This document shows, in pieces, positions 38,445 through 47,571 of a stretch of DNA of 64,000 bases (positions within the stretch are counted from its first letter, which is position 1; every line of letters starts with the position of its first letter). Under the pieces are notes generated by a model. The model saw only the letters and a program-made list of their open reading frames with translations, made no database searches and had not been told where the DNA came from. Origin of the DNA: an uncultured delta proteobacterium (lineage in GTDB: Bacteria > Desulfobacterota > Binatia > Binatales > Binataceae); contig CAWJET010000002.1 in NCBI GenBank assembly GCA_963842085.1, forward strand, positions 544,001 to 608,000, given 5' to 3'. The translations under genes were made by a program, and so were the position numbers.

Positions 38445-39272
38445 ATGAAATTTGCAGTCGCAATCCGCAACATGGGGCCGCAATCCGATCGCTCGACGAT
38501 TCGCGCCTGTGCACGAATCGCAGAGCAAGCCGGCTTCGACGCGCTCTTCGTCTCCGACCATTTGTGCATTCCGCCCGACCAGACCGAAGGTTCCGGCGGG
38601 CGCTATCTCGACGTGCTCGCCACGCTGGCCTTCATCGCCGGCGCGACCGAGAAAATCCGGCTCGGTGTTTCGGTGCTGGTCGTCCCCTACCGGCCCGCCG
38701 TATTGACAGCGAAGCAGGTCGCGACGATCCAGGAATTGTCCGGCGAGCGAATGATCCTCGGCGTGGGTGTCGGATGGATGAAGCCGGAGTTCGCCGCTCT
38801 CGGCGCCGACATCCGGCAGCGCGGCGCCGTTACCGACGAAACGTTGAGCGTGATTCATCATCTGTTCAGCGCCGATGTACCCGGCGCGTACGACGGCCCG
38901 CTCGTGAAGTTTCCGTCCTTCGTGTTCCTGCCAAGACCCAAGTGCCCGCCGATTTGGATCGGCGGCAACGGTGCGGCGGCGATAAATCGTGCGCTGAAAT
39001 TCGGCGACGGCTGGCATCCGATGCTGCCCGCATCGGAACTTAAAGCAAAAGTTGAAGAATTGCTTGCGCGCTCACGGGCGACGGGTCGCGCGCTGCCTGA
39101 AATTATCGTCCGGCGAGGGCTACGGCTCGACGATATCGCCGGGGCGCGCGCGAAAGTCGCGGCTGAGCGGGAAGCCGGCGCGACCTATTTCATCCTGGAC
39201 CTGGGGCGCTATCCGAACGAGCAATCGTTCGGCGCATCGGTCGAGACTTTCATGGCGAAAGTCGCGAACTAG
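38445..39272 (+). CDS. LLM-class probable F420-dependent oxidoreductase
   Basis: AEQAGFDALFVSDH, LGVGVGWMKPEF, PPIWIGG and GDGWHP motifs; start reassigned. Confidence 0.92.
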   Translation: MKFAVAIRNMGPQSDRSTIRACARIAEQAGFDALFVSDHLCIPPDQTEGSGGRYLDVLATLAFIAGATEKIRLGVSVLVVPYRPAVLTAKQVATIQELSGERMILGVGVGWMKPEFAALGADIRQRGAVTDETLSVIHHLFSADVPGAYDGPLVKFPSFVFLPRPKCPPIWIGGNGAAAINRALKFGDGWHPMLPASELKAKVEELLARSRATGRALPEIIVRRGLRLDDIAGARAKVAAEREAGATYFILDLGRYPNEQSFGASVETFMAKVAN

Positions 39273-40510
39273 ATAATTTTGTCGCGGCGGAGCGACTCGA
39301 AATCGTCTGGGCGGACGCCGAGCATCTCGCGATAGACGCGATCGTTGTCGTATCCGACCGGCACCGACCCGCGAACGATTTTCCCGGGCGTCAGTGAAAA
39401 CTTTGGCACGACGCCGATGCCCTTCACCTTGCCCACCTGCTCGTCTTGCCATTCGACGTGCATCCCGCGCGCGCGGTATTGCGGGTCCTCGGCGATGTCC
39501 TTGCTGGTCATGATTGGCGAGCACGGCACGTTGGCATTCGCCATCGCCGCAACGACTTCCTTCACGGTGCGCTCGGAAATCCATCCGCGCAGGAGCGCGT
39601 CGAACTCGATTCCTTCGATCGATTCGAGTTGGGTGCGCGCCGTCTCCCATTTCGGGTCGGCGGAATCGAGCCCGATCACGCGCAGCAGCCGTCCGTACAC
39701 GTCGCCGATCGCGCCCATCACGACCCATCCGTCGCTGGCCTGGAACGAATCGAGCGGCTGGAATCCCTGCGCGCGATTTCCGGAGCGCTCGCGCACGATG
39801 CCGTTCTGGAAGTATTCGACCATCGTGCCGCCCAATGTCTTGTGAATCGCCTCGTACTGCGCGACATCGATCGACTGACCCTTGCCGGTCGCGCGCGCAT
39901 AAGTCAGGCCGGCAAGCGAGGACCACATCGCGAACAGCGCGGTCAGGTAGTCGCCCGTCCACGGCGCGGCGCGTGTCGGTGGAGTGGGGTCGGGGAAGCC
40001 GGTCTGGTACATCATGCCACCGGCGGCCTGCCCTACCACGTCATACGACGCGCGATGCACGTAATCGGGATCCCCGCTTTGCCCGAAGCCCGACACGTGA
40101 GTGATTACCAACTTCGGATTGACCGTCCAAATCGCCGCGTCGTCGAGGCCCCATTTTGGGTAGGTGCCCGGCCTTGAGCTTTCCATCAAGATGTCGGCGC
40201 GCGCGATGAGTTTCAAAAAGATTTCGCGGCCGCGCGGCTTCGACAAATCGAGCGAGACGCAGAACACGTTGCGCCGTTCCTGGATCCAGGTAGTCGCGAC
40301 GGCGGAGTTGCCGTCCTTGGTCTTGAGCCTGATGCCGATATTGCGCCATCCGACGTCGCCTATTCCCGGCCGCTCGATCTGGATCACTTCCGCGCCCATT
40401 TCAGCCGCCAGCTCGGCAGCGAACGGTTGCGCAATCAACGTCCCGGTTGAGACGATCTTTACACCCTGCAGCGGCCCGAATTTTTCAGTAACCAGGTTCT
40501 CGATGCTCAT
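39269..40510 (-). CDS. Family III CoA-transferase (CaiB/BaiF)
   Basis: GPLQGVKIV, GAEVIQIERPG, VSGFGQSG and catalytic GDY; start MSIENL. Confidence 0.93.
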   Translation of the reverse strand: MSIENLVTEKFGPLQGVKIVSTGTLIAQPFAAELAAEMGAEVIQIERPGIGDVGWRNIGIRLKTKDGNSAVATTWIQERRNVFCVSLDLSKPRGREIFLKLIARADILMESSRPGTYPKWGLDDAAIWTVNPKLVITHVSGFGQSGDPDYVHRASYDVVGQAAGGMMYQTGFPDPTPPTRAAPWTGDYLTALFAMWSSLAGLTYARATGKGQSIDVAQYEAIHKTLGGTMVEYFQNGIVRERSGNRAQGFQPLDSFQASDGWVVMGAIGDVYGRLLRVIGLDSADPKWETARTQLESIEGIEFDALLRGWISERTVKEVVAAMANANVPCSPIMTSKDIAEDPQYRARGMHVEWQDEQVGKVKGIGVVPKFSLTPGKIVRGSVPVGYDNDRVYREMLGVRPDDFESLRRDKII

Positions 40511-40682
40511 GCATTCTCCGGTCGGAGGACGAAAAATCTTGCGCGATGATGCCTGTTTTTGTCCGGAGGGGGCAATATGAGCGCTGCAGCCGGTCGATTG
40601 CATGCCGTTTGCGGAGAGCGTTTTCCATCGACTCGTTGCGGGCTATTATATTTACAAGCGGGATGATTGTGCCGAGGGCGGC

Positions 40683-42014
40683 GTGAATTCACCTCTGACT
40701 CTACTGAAAAGCGACTCTCTAAACCGGCGCGAACTGACGTTCAAGGCTCTTGCGGGCTTGGTCGGCGGCGCGATCGGATGGCTGCCCGTCGAGCTGGCCT
40801 CGCACAACTCTCATCTCGGCGAAGTGCAGACGACGGGCGCGCTGGTCGCGTATTACATCTCGGCGGCGATGGCTGCGGGCGCGATCGGGGCGTTCATAAC
40901 GGCGGTGGATACATCCGACGTTCGCGTGACGCCGGAGACCAAGCGCCGCTTCATTCGCGGTTTCGTGATCTGCGCGCTGCTCTCGCTGCTCTCCACTTAC
41001 TTCGGAAATTATGTGTTCAACGCGGTTCTCCAGGCCGGCGGAGTCGGCTTCAGTCCAAATGGCGAGCTGGTTTCGGGGTCGATTATAACGCTCGTGATCG
41101 CAAGGCTCCTGGGATGGGCCATCGACGGAGCGCTGGTGGGCGCCGGCGTGGGACTGGCGACGCTGACGATGGAGAACGTGCCCAAGGGAGCGGTGGGCGG
41201 ACTGGTGGGCGGTGCGGTCGGCGGTATCGGCTTCGATTTGATCGGCTGGATCGTCGGCGGCGGCCTGGCGTCGCGGTTCTTCGGCGAAGCCGTCACCGGC
41301 CTTGCGATCGGGTTGTTCATCGGGCTGGTCCAGGAGCTGACCAAGGCCGCGTGGGTCACCGTCGAGCAGGGCCGGCTGCGCGGACGCCAGTACCGGATCG
41401 AAGGCGCGCGCGCAACGATTGGGCGCGCCGAGGAAAATCCGGTCGGCCTGTTCGGCGATCCGCTGGTGCAACAGCGGCACGCGGTGATCGAACGGCGCGG
41501 CGCCGACTACGTGATTAGAAATCTCGCGATCCAGGACGGCACCTTCGTCAACGGCCAGCGAATCGAGAGCGTTGACCTGCACGACGGCGATCGAATCAAC
41601 ATCGGCGGCTACGAAATGATGTTCCACCTGCGCGGGACGTCGGCGCCGGCGCGGCAACAGGCGTCGCTGGCGGCAGATGCGGTGAATCCCGCGCATGTCG
41701 CCACGCGGCTGGCCGGCCCAAAGGCGAAGGTCGACGGCCCGAGCCTGGTCGATGTGTCGGGGCAGCCCTACCCGGTCGTGGCCGGCGCGGTTACTCGCGT
41801 CGGGCGCGCCCTCGACAATGAAATCGTGGTCAGCCATTCCTCGGTCTCGCGCCATCACGCGAGCATCGAAAATTCCAACGGCGCCTTCGTGGTGCGCGAC
41901 CTCAACAGCCAGAACGGAACGTTCGTCGGCAACCGGCGCGTGACCGAGCCAACGCGCGTGAGCGACGGCGACAGCGTAAGGTTCGGCGACGCGCAGTTTA
42001 CCTTCCGTGGCTGA
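40683..42014 (+). CDS. Polytopic membrane protein with two C-terminal FHA domains
   Basis: About 6 Gly-rich TM helices; FHA1 IGR..QQRH..DGTFVNG; FHA2 VGR..SRHH..SQNGTFVG; start uncertain. Confidence 0.9.
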   Translation: MNSPLTLLKSDSLNRRELTFKALAGLVGGAIGWLPVELASHNSHLGEVQTTGALVAYYISAAMAAGAIGAFITAVDTSDVRVTPETKRRFIRGFVICALLSLLSTYFGNYVFNAVLQAGGVGFSPNGELVSGSIITLVIARLLGWAIDGALVGAGVGLATLTMENVPKGAVGGLVGGAVGGIGFDLIGWIVGGGLASRFFGEAVTGLAIGLFIGLVQELTKAAWVTVEQGRLRGRQYRIEGARATIGRAEENPVGLFGDPLVQQRHAVIERRGADYVIRNLAIQDGTFVNGQRIESVDLHDGDRINIGGYEMMFHLRGTSAPARQQASLAADAVNPAHVATRLAGPKAKVDGPSLVDVSGQPYPVVAGAVTRVGRALDNEIVVSHSSVSRHHASIENSNGAFVVRDLNSQNGTFVGNRRVTEPTRVSDGDSVRFGDAQFTFRG

Positions 42015-42348
42015 CGCGGAGTTCGAGAAGCCGAGGTTCTGCTCGCGATGCGGGCAGCCGATCATCGTCGCCGAGGCAAGCTTCTGCAAATCGTGCGGCG
42101 CGCCGGTGACTCGTTTCCCGCTGCTGCGTCAAAATCCGGGGTTCAGCCCGGTGCTCGCGCTCGTGTTGAGCATCGTTCCCGGCGTCGGCCACATTTACCG
42201 GGGCAAACCCTTCAAGGGAATTATGTGGTTTTTTTTCGTATCGATAGCGTACGGCATGGGGCCGCCGCTCGGCGTCCTCATTCACATCATATGCGCGGCC
42301 AATGCGGCCTTCTCGGGCGCGCTACGCGAGGACATGCTGGCGAGATAA
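42007..42348 (+). CDS. Zinc-ribbon + TM2-like small membrane protein
   Basis: FCSRCG..FCKSCG; LSIVPGVGHIYRG; overlaps the FHA gene. Confidence 0.85.
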   Translation: MADAEFEKPRFCSRCGQPIIVAEASFCKSCGAPVTRFPLLRQNPGFSPVLALVLSIVPGVGHIYRGKPFKGIMWFFFVSIAYGMGPPLGVLIHIICAANAAFSGALREDMLAR

Positions 42349-42408
42349 GCATAAGACTCCCGCCGGCTGCCAAAAAATCGAAGTGATGGTTAGAATCCTA
42401 TTAAAGCC

Positions 42409-43920
42409 ATGATTGCGGCCAACACCATCGTTGGCGGCCGTTACCGGGTGACGAAGCCGCTGGGCGGGGGCGGGATGAAACTCGTCTACCTGGCCGAAGA
42501 TCTGCGGCTTGCGGCGCGGCCGTGTGCGCTGGCCGAGATGGTCGACAGTTTCACCAGCCCGGATACACAGAGGCAGGCGGTCGCTGCGTTTCAGCGTGAG
42601 GCCGACATGCTCGCGCAACTCAGCAACGAGCATATTCCGCGCGTATTCGATCGCTTCAGCGACCAAAACCGTCACTACCTGGTGATGGAGTTCATCGACG
42701 GGATCACGCTTGAGCAGAAACTCAAAGACAGCGGCGGCAAGCTTGCTGAAGGCGAAGTGATCGAGGTGGCGCTGCAAGTGCTCGACACGCTCGAGTACCT
42801 GCATAACCTGGAACCGCCGGTGATCTATCGCGACCTGAAGCCGTCGAACGTAATGCTGACGCCGTCGGGGCAAGTCAAGCTGATCGATTTCGGAATCGCG
42901 CGCCTGTTCCAGCCGCTCAGCAACGCGACGATGATCGGCACGCAGGGCTACGCGCCGCCCGAGCAATATCGCGGCAAGGTCGAGTTCCGCTCGGACCTGT
43001 ACGCGCTGGGCGCCACGATGCATCATGCGCTGTCGGGACGCGACCCGGCGCTCGAGCCGCCCTTCAGCTTTCCGGCGTTGCACTCGCTATGCCCTGACGT
43101 CACCCCCGCCCTCTGCGAGTTGGTCGATCAGGCGCTCAAATACGACGTGGTCCTGCGCATGGCCGATGCCGCGGAATTCAGGCAGCGGCTGATGGCAATC
43201 AAGTCGGGCGCTCCGGTCACGATGCCACAGCGCAATTCGTCAACGGCGGCGGGGGCACGTCCGCAACTAAAGCTGCCGCTCAGCGGCGTCAAGTCCAAAG
43301 AGCAGAATGCGTCGGCGCCGACGATGCTGAGCAGCCAGATCGACTCGGAATGTCCGCGATGCGGCCGCAGCATTCCGATGGACTCGAATTACTGCTCGTT
43401 CTGCGCGGCGGACGTGACCGGGCGATTGTCGGCGCTCGATCGCGGCGCGACGCCCGAGGGGCAACCGATCGTGCTCGACGACGTTGCTCCGCCGGGCGGA
43501 TATCCGGGTCCGATTTTTCATCCCCGCCATCGTAGGCGGCATCGCGCGCGGATGCTGGCGCTGGTGGTCGGCGGATTTTTTCTCATTGGGTACCTTATGT
43601 TCCATTCGTCGCAACCGCAGCCTTCCGACGGCTACCCGGGACCCGACTACGGCGGCGTCCCATCGGTGCCGAATGGCGGCGCGCCCGAGCCGGGGGAACC
43701 GGTGCATACCGATCCGCGGGAGGTCGCGCTGCGCCACGCGCTCGACGCGCAGGGCTACACCTCGGTGCATTTCAAGATGGAGGGCGACACGATCATTTTG
43801 TGGGGCACGGTGCCGACCGAGGCCGATCGTCTGATGATCCAGACGCAGGTTTTCCTGGTCGCGCGAATTTTCTCGATCGAGGACCATCTCCAGGTGCGCG
43901 ATACGTTCGCCGAGCCATAG
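42409..43920 (+). CDS. Hanks-type Ser/Thr kinase with WNK-like lysine placement, zinc ribbon, TM and BON-like domain
   Basis: GGGGMKLVY, CALAEM, FQREA, YRDLKPSN, DFG, GTQGYAPPE and SDLYALG; CPRC..CSFC; TM; WGTV..IEDHLQV. Confidence 0.93.
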   Translation: MIAANTIVGGRYRVTKPLGGGGMKLVYLAEDLRLAARPCALAEMVDSFTSPDTQRQAVAAFQREADMLAQLSNEHIPRVFDRFSDQNRHYLVMEFIDGITLEQKLKDSGGKLAEGEVIEVALQVLDTLEYLHNLEPPVIYRDLKPSNVMLTPSGQVKLIDFGIARLFQPLSNATMIGTQGYAPPEQYRGKVEFRSDLYALGATMHHALSGRDPALEPPFSFPALHSLCPDVTPALCELVDQALKYDVVLRMADAAEFRQRLMAIKSGAPVTMPQRNSSTAAGARPQLKLPLSGVKSKEQNASAPTMLSSQIDSECPRCGRSIPMDSNYCSFCAADVTGRLSALDRGATPEGQPIVLDDVAPPGGYPGPIFHPRHRRRHRARMLALVVGGFFLIGYLMFHSSQPQPSDGYPGPDYGGVPSVPNGGAPEPGEPVHTDPREVALRHALDAQGYTSVHFKMEGDTIILWGTVPTEADRLMIQTQVFLVARIFSIEDHLQVRDTFAEP

Positions 43921-43930
43921 CATCCACTTC

Positions 43931-44587
43931 ATGATCGTCGACCTGCACGTCCACACGCGGCTTTCGTCCGACTCCAACGTCGCGCCGGAACAGTATCTCG
44001 AATTCGCGAAAAGCTCGGGCCGCGGACTCGGCGCGATCTGCTTCACCGAGCATCGCCTGTTCCCCGCTGACGCCGAAGTCGACCGGCTCTACGCGGAACT
44101 CGCGGAGCGATTTCAGATTGCGATTTTCAAGGGAATCGAGGCCGACACCGACCTCGGTCACCTGCTGCTTCTCGGCGTCACCAGCGAAGTGACGCGGCGA
44201 TTCGATCTGACGGCGCGGATGCTCAAGAGTGACAGCCTGATCGAGGTGATTCATCATGAAGGCGGCGTCGCGATACCCGCGCATCCGTTTCGCGACTCCG
44301 GCTATGGCTCGCGGCTGGACGCACTGCTCAGCCGTCATGGTGCGGCGATTGGCGCGGTCGAAGTGCTTAACGGCCAGAACTCGAGCGAGGAGAACCGGCG
44401 CGCGGAGGATGCGGCGCTCAAGCTCGGGCTGACGGCGGTCGGCGGCAGCGATGCTCATTTCGCGACTGCGAAATGGTTCATGACGGTCGCGACGGAGTTC
44501 GAACGCGAGGTAAACACGGTCGAGCAGATGTGCGCGGAAATCCGCGCCGGACGCGCGCGTCCCTATGTCTTTACGGGTTCGGACTGA
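43931..44587 (+). CDS. PHP-domain metallophosphoesterase
   Basis: DLHVHT, TEH, GIE, GHLL, AHPFR, EVLNG and GGSDAH motifs. Confidence 0.92.
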   Translation: MIVDLHVHTRLSSDSNVAPEQYLEFAKSSGRGLGAICFTEHRLFPADAEVDRLYAELAERFQIAIFKGIEADTDLGHLLLLGVTSEVTRRFDLTARMLKSDSLIEVIHHEGGVAIPAHPFRDSGYGSRLDALLSRHGAAIGAVEVLNGQNSSEENRRAEDAALKLGLTAVGGSDAHFATAKWFMTVATEFEREVNTVEQMCAEIRAGRARPYVFTGSD

Positions 44588-46623
44588 GCTGCGGCGCGCG
44601 CGGCGCCGGCTGGTTCCCCGTTTTCCAGCTCGTGCGCGAATTGCCGGATGTCTTGCGGACGCCCCGCGGTGATCAACTCGTCGCCTTCTTTCAGCGGGCG
44701 ATCGGGCGTCATGGGCGCGAAGCCGCCATCCGGCTTGTTCGCCTCCTGAACGGCAAGCACGGTGACGCTGAATCGCGCGCGCGGATCGAGTTGACGCACC
44801 GTTCTTCCCGCCGCGTTGGCGGGGACGGTCACCCGCGTCACGCGATAACCGGTCGCCCAGTAGATATTCGGATCGCGCGTCGCGAGGGTCGAGAGCGAGA
44901 CCGATACACGGTTCAGCGCTTGCGCAATCTGCCGGCTGGTGACGAGCCCGAGGAACCCTTGCGTGGCGCGGTCGACGACCGGAATCTCGTCGAGGCCGTC
45001 GTGCTCCATCAACTGGCTGGCCTCATCGAGATTCGCATCGAGCGGCACGGTCGGACCATGCGCATTGCAGATGTCGAATGCGTTGACCAGCGGACCGAGT
45101 TCCTGGCCGGCGCTGATTACGGACAACAAATCCCGCACTACGATTGTCCCGGCGAGTTCGCCCTCGCTGCTGACCACCGGCAGGGTGGATTGCTCAGTCT
45201 CGCCCGCGGTGCGCAGCACCTCGGACAGCGAGGTGTTCTCGCTCACCATGGTGACGTTTTTGGTGACCACCGCGCTGACCGGTATGAGCGCGAGCGCCAG
45301 GCGCTCGCGGCCGATTTGCAGCGTCTTGCCCTCGCGCGCCAGGCGGAACTCGTCGATCGATTCGGTTTCGATCGCGCGTGCCACGACCACCGCCGTGATC
45401 GTCGCGATCATCGACGGCAGCGCAATCGTGTCGCTATGCGTCATTTCCCAGAGCAGGAACAACGCGGTCAGCGGTGCGTGCGTGGTGCCGGCCAGAAACG
45501 CACCGAGCCCGATGAGCGCGTACGATCCGCGCGGGCCAGTCAGGTGTGGAATCAGCATCGAGGACACGCGCTGGAACAATCCGCCCGCCATCGTGCCGAT
45601 GAAAAAAGTCGGGCCAAAGGAACCTCCCGGCGCACCGCATCCGAGCGACACGCTGCTGGCGAAAAGCTTCGCGCAGGTCAGCGCCGCCAGCATTCCGATG
45701 CCGAACTCGCCCGCCATCGCGCGGTTGATCACCGGATAGCCGTCGGAGAGATTTTGCGGCAGCCAGATTGCGATCACGCCGACCGCCGCCAATCCCATCC
45801 CGAGCTTGGCCCAAACCGGGAGATTGAGCCGGCGAAACCACACCTCGGTCGCGTTGAAGAACCGGATGTAACCCGCGGCAAGGGCGCCGAGCGCCGCGCC
45901 CATGAGCGCATACGTCGCCATCTCCCAGTAGCTGCGCAGCAGGAATTCAGGCGCGGCGAAGACCACCGCGTTGCCCAGGATCGCGCGCGAGGTAATCACC
46001 GCCGTAAAGGTGGCGATGATCAGCAACGTGAGGTTGGCGATTTCGGTGTGGCCGAGCAGGACGATTTCCTGCGCGAACATCAGACCGCCGATCGGCGCGT
46101 TGAAAGTCGTCGCGATACCCGCGCCCGCTCCTGCTGCGACCAGCACCTTGGCGCGATCGGGCGACAATTTTCTGAGCTGCGCGATAGTCGAGCCGATGGC
46201 GCCTCCAATTTGCGCGATCGGACCTTCGCGGCCGACCGACGCGCCTGCCCCCAGCGAAAGTGCGGCGCCCGCACCCTTGACGAAGATCCAGCGCCGCTTC
46301 ACTCTCGCGGTGCCGAGGTTGACCATCTCCAGAAAATTCGGAAAGCCATACCCGAGCACGTCTCCGGGAAAGATCCGGTCGAGCAGCAGAATCGCGACGC
46401 CGCCGCTCAGCAGGATCACTGGAATGAGGGCGCGATGGAGGCCGCCGAGCTCGATTCGGAGCGCGTTCCATTCGAGCCCGCGAAACAGCCACGAGAAAAA
46501 ATCGATCAGTTGGCGAAAGCCGAGGTTCCCGAGCGCGGCGAGCACGCCCACGGTCACGGCCAGCAGAATCAGCTGTACGTATTCGAACTGGTCAACGCGC
46601 AGCGCAAAAGAAGGTCGTCGCAT
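44563..46623 (-). CDS. CLC family channel/transporter with CBS pair and TrkA-C (RCK_C) domain
   Basis: GREGP, FNAPIGG and GGSFGP motifs; two CBS repeats; C-terminal GRTVRQLD..VLAV..LKEGDELI. Confidence 0.93.
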   Translation of the reverse strand: MRRPSFALRVDQFEYVQLILLAVTVGVLAALGNLGFRQLIDFFSWLFRGLEWNALRIELGGLHRALIPVILLSGGVAILLLDRIFPGDVLGYGFPNFLEMVNLGTARVKRRWIFVKGAGAALSLGAGASVGREGPIAQIGGAIGSTIAQLRKLSPDRAKVLVAAGAGAGIATTFNAPIGGLMFAQEIVLLGHTEIANLTLLIIATFTAVITSRAILGNAVVFAAPEFLLRSYWEMATYALMGAALGALAAGYIRFFNATEVWFRRLNLPVWAKLGMGLAAVGVIAIWLPQNLSDGYPVINRAMAGEFGIGMLAALTCAKLFASSVSLGCGAPGGSFGPTFFIGTMAGGLFQRVSSMLIPHLTGPRGSYALIGLGAFLAGTTHAPLTALFLLWEMTHSDTIALPSMIATITAVVVARAIETESIDEFRLAREGKTLQIGRERLALALIPVSAVVTKNVTMVSENTSLSEVLRTAGETEQSTLPVVSSEGELAGTIVVRDLLSVISAGQELGPLVNAFDICNAHGPTVPLDANLDEASQLMEHDGLDEIPVVDRATQGFLGLVTSRQIAQALNRVSVSLSTLATRDPNIYWATGYRVTRVTVPANAAGRTVRQLDPRARFSVTVLAVQEANKPDGGFAPMTPDRPLKEGDELITAGRPQDIRQFAHELENGEPAGAARAAAQSEPVKT

Positions 46624-46661
46624 CAGCAAACCCGTCCAGTGAGCGCGCTATCTGCCACCAC

Positions 46662-47534
46662 TTATACGCCAAGGAAGCGGTGCGCGACCGCCAGGAATTG
46701 GTCGAGCCGGTCGTGATGCACCCAATGGCCGGCTTTGTCGATCGTCACTGATTCTGCGTGCTTGAACGCCTGGATGCGCCCGTCTTTGACCCAGTCGCCC
46801 GCCCACGATTCGGTGCCGCGAATCAGCAAGGTCGGACACGTGATGCGGCCCCAGATTTCGCGCGCGTCGCGGTTGTTGAACATGTACGGGGAGGTGGCGT
46901 GAACGTAGTTGTCGAACTTCCAGGAGTAAGTGCCATTCTCGTTGCGGCGAATCCCCCAAATCGTGAGATGGCGCGCCTGCTCGCGGCTCAGGTGCGAATT
47001 GGCCTCGATCATGCGCGCGAGCGCCTCCTCGATCGACGGATACTCGCGCACCTTGCGCCGCGCCAGCGTTTGCATCTGGCCGATCCAGTTGTTCATGCGC
47101 TCGTGGGCGGGCGTGTCCTTGATCATCCCGGGCGGCGGACCCATTCCCTCGATCGAAACAACGCGCTTGACCGCGTCCGGATGCGTGCCGGTGTATTGCA
47201 AAACGATGCCGCCGCCGAGCGAGTGGCCGATGAGTGTCACCGGTTCGTTGCATACCGCGCTCATGAGCTGCGCGAGGTCGAGCACGTAATCGATCATCGA
47301 ATAACCGCTGCCGACGGCCCAGTCGGAGTCGCCGTGGCCACGGAGGTCGGGCGCGATGACGTGATAGTGCTCGCGCAGATCCAGCGCGACCCAATCCCAG
47401 TTGCGGCAATGGTCGCGGCCGCCATGCACCAGCACGAGCAGCGGCTTGTCGGGATTGCCCCAGTCGACGTAGTGCAGTTTCAGGCGTTGCGAATAAAAGT
47501 AGTGCGAAGTCGGCCCGATGATGCTATCGGCCAT
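46662..47534 (-). CDS. Alpha/beta hydrolase
   Basis: LVHGG, DLRGHGDS, GHSLGG and AGHWVHHD motifs. Confidence 0.93.
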   Translation of the reverse strand: MADSIIGPTSHYFYSQRLKLHYVDWGNPDKPLLVLVHGGRDHCRNWDWVALDLREHYHVIAPDLRGHGDSDWAVGSGYSMIDYVLDLAQLMSAVCNEPVTLIGHSLGGGIVLQYTGTHPDAVKRVVSIEGMGPPPGMIKDTPAHERMNNWIGQMQTLARRKVREYPSIEEALARMIEANSHLSREQARHLTIWGIRRNENGTYSWKFDNYVHATSPYMFNNRDAREIWGRITCPTLLIRGTESWAGDWVKDGRIQAFKHAESVTIDKAGHWVHHDRLDQFLAVAHRFLGV

Positions 47535-47571
47535 GTGCCGGTCTCTCCACGATCTTAGACTGCGTCAAACG

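Noticed and set aside
42409-43200. Kinase as a dead pseudokinase or pseudogene
   Set aside because: All other catalytic motifs are intact and a compensating Lys sits at the WNK position
44473-46716. 747-aa ORF antisense to the CLC gene
   Set aside because: Arg/Ala-rich shadow frame with no recognisable domain
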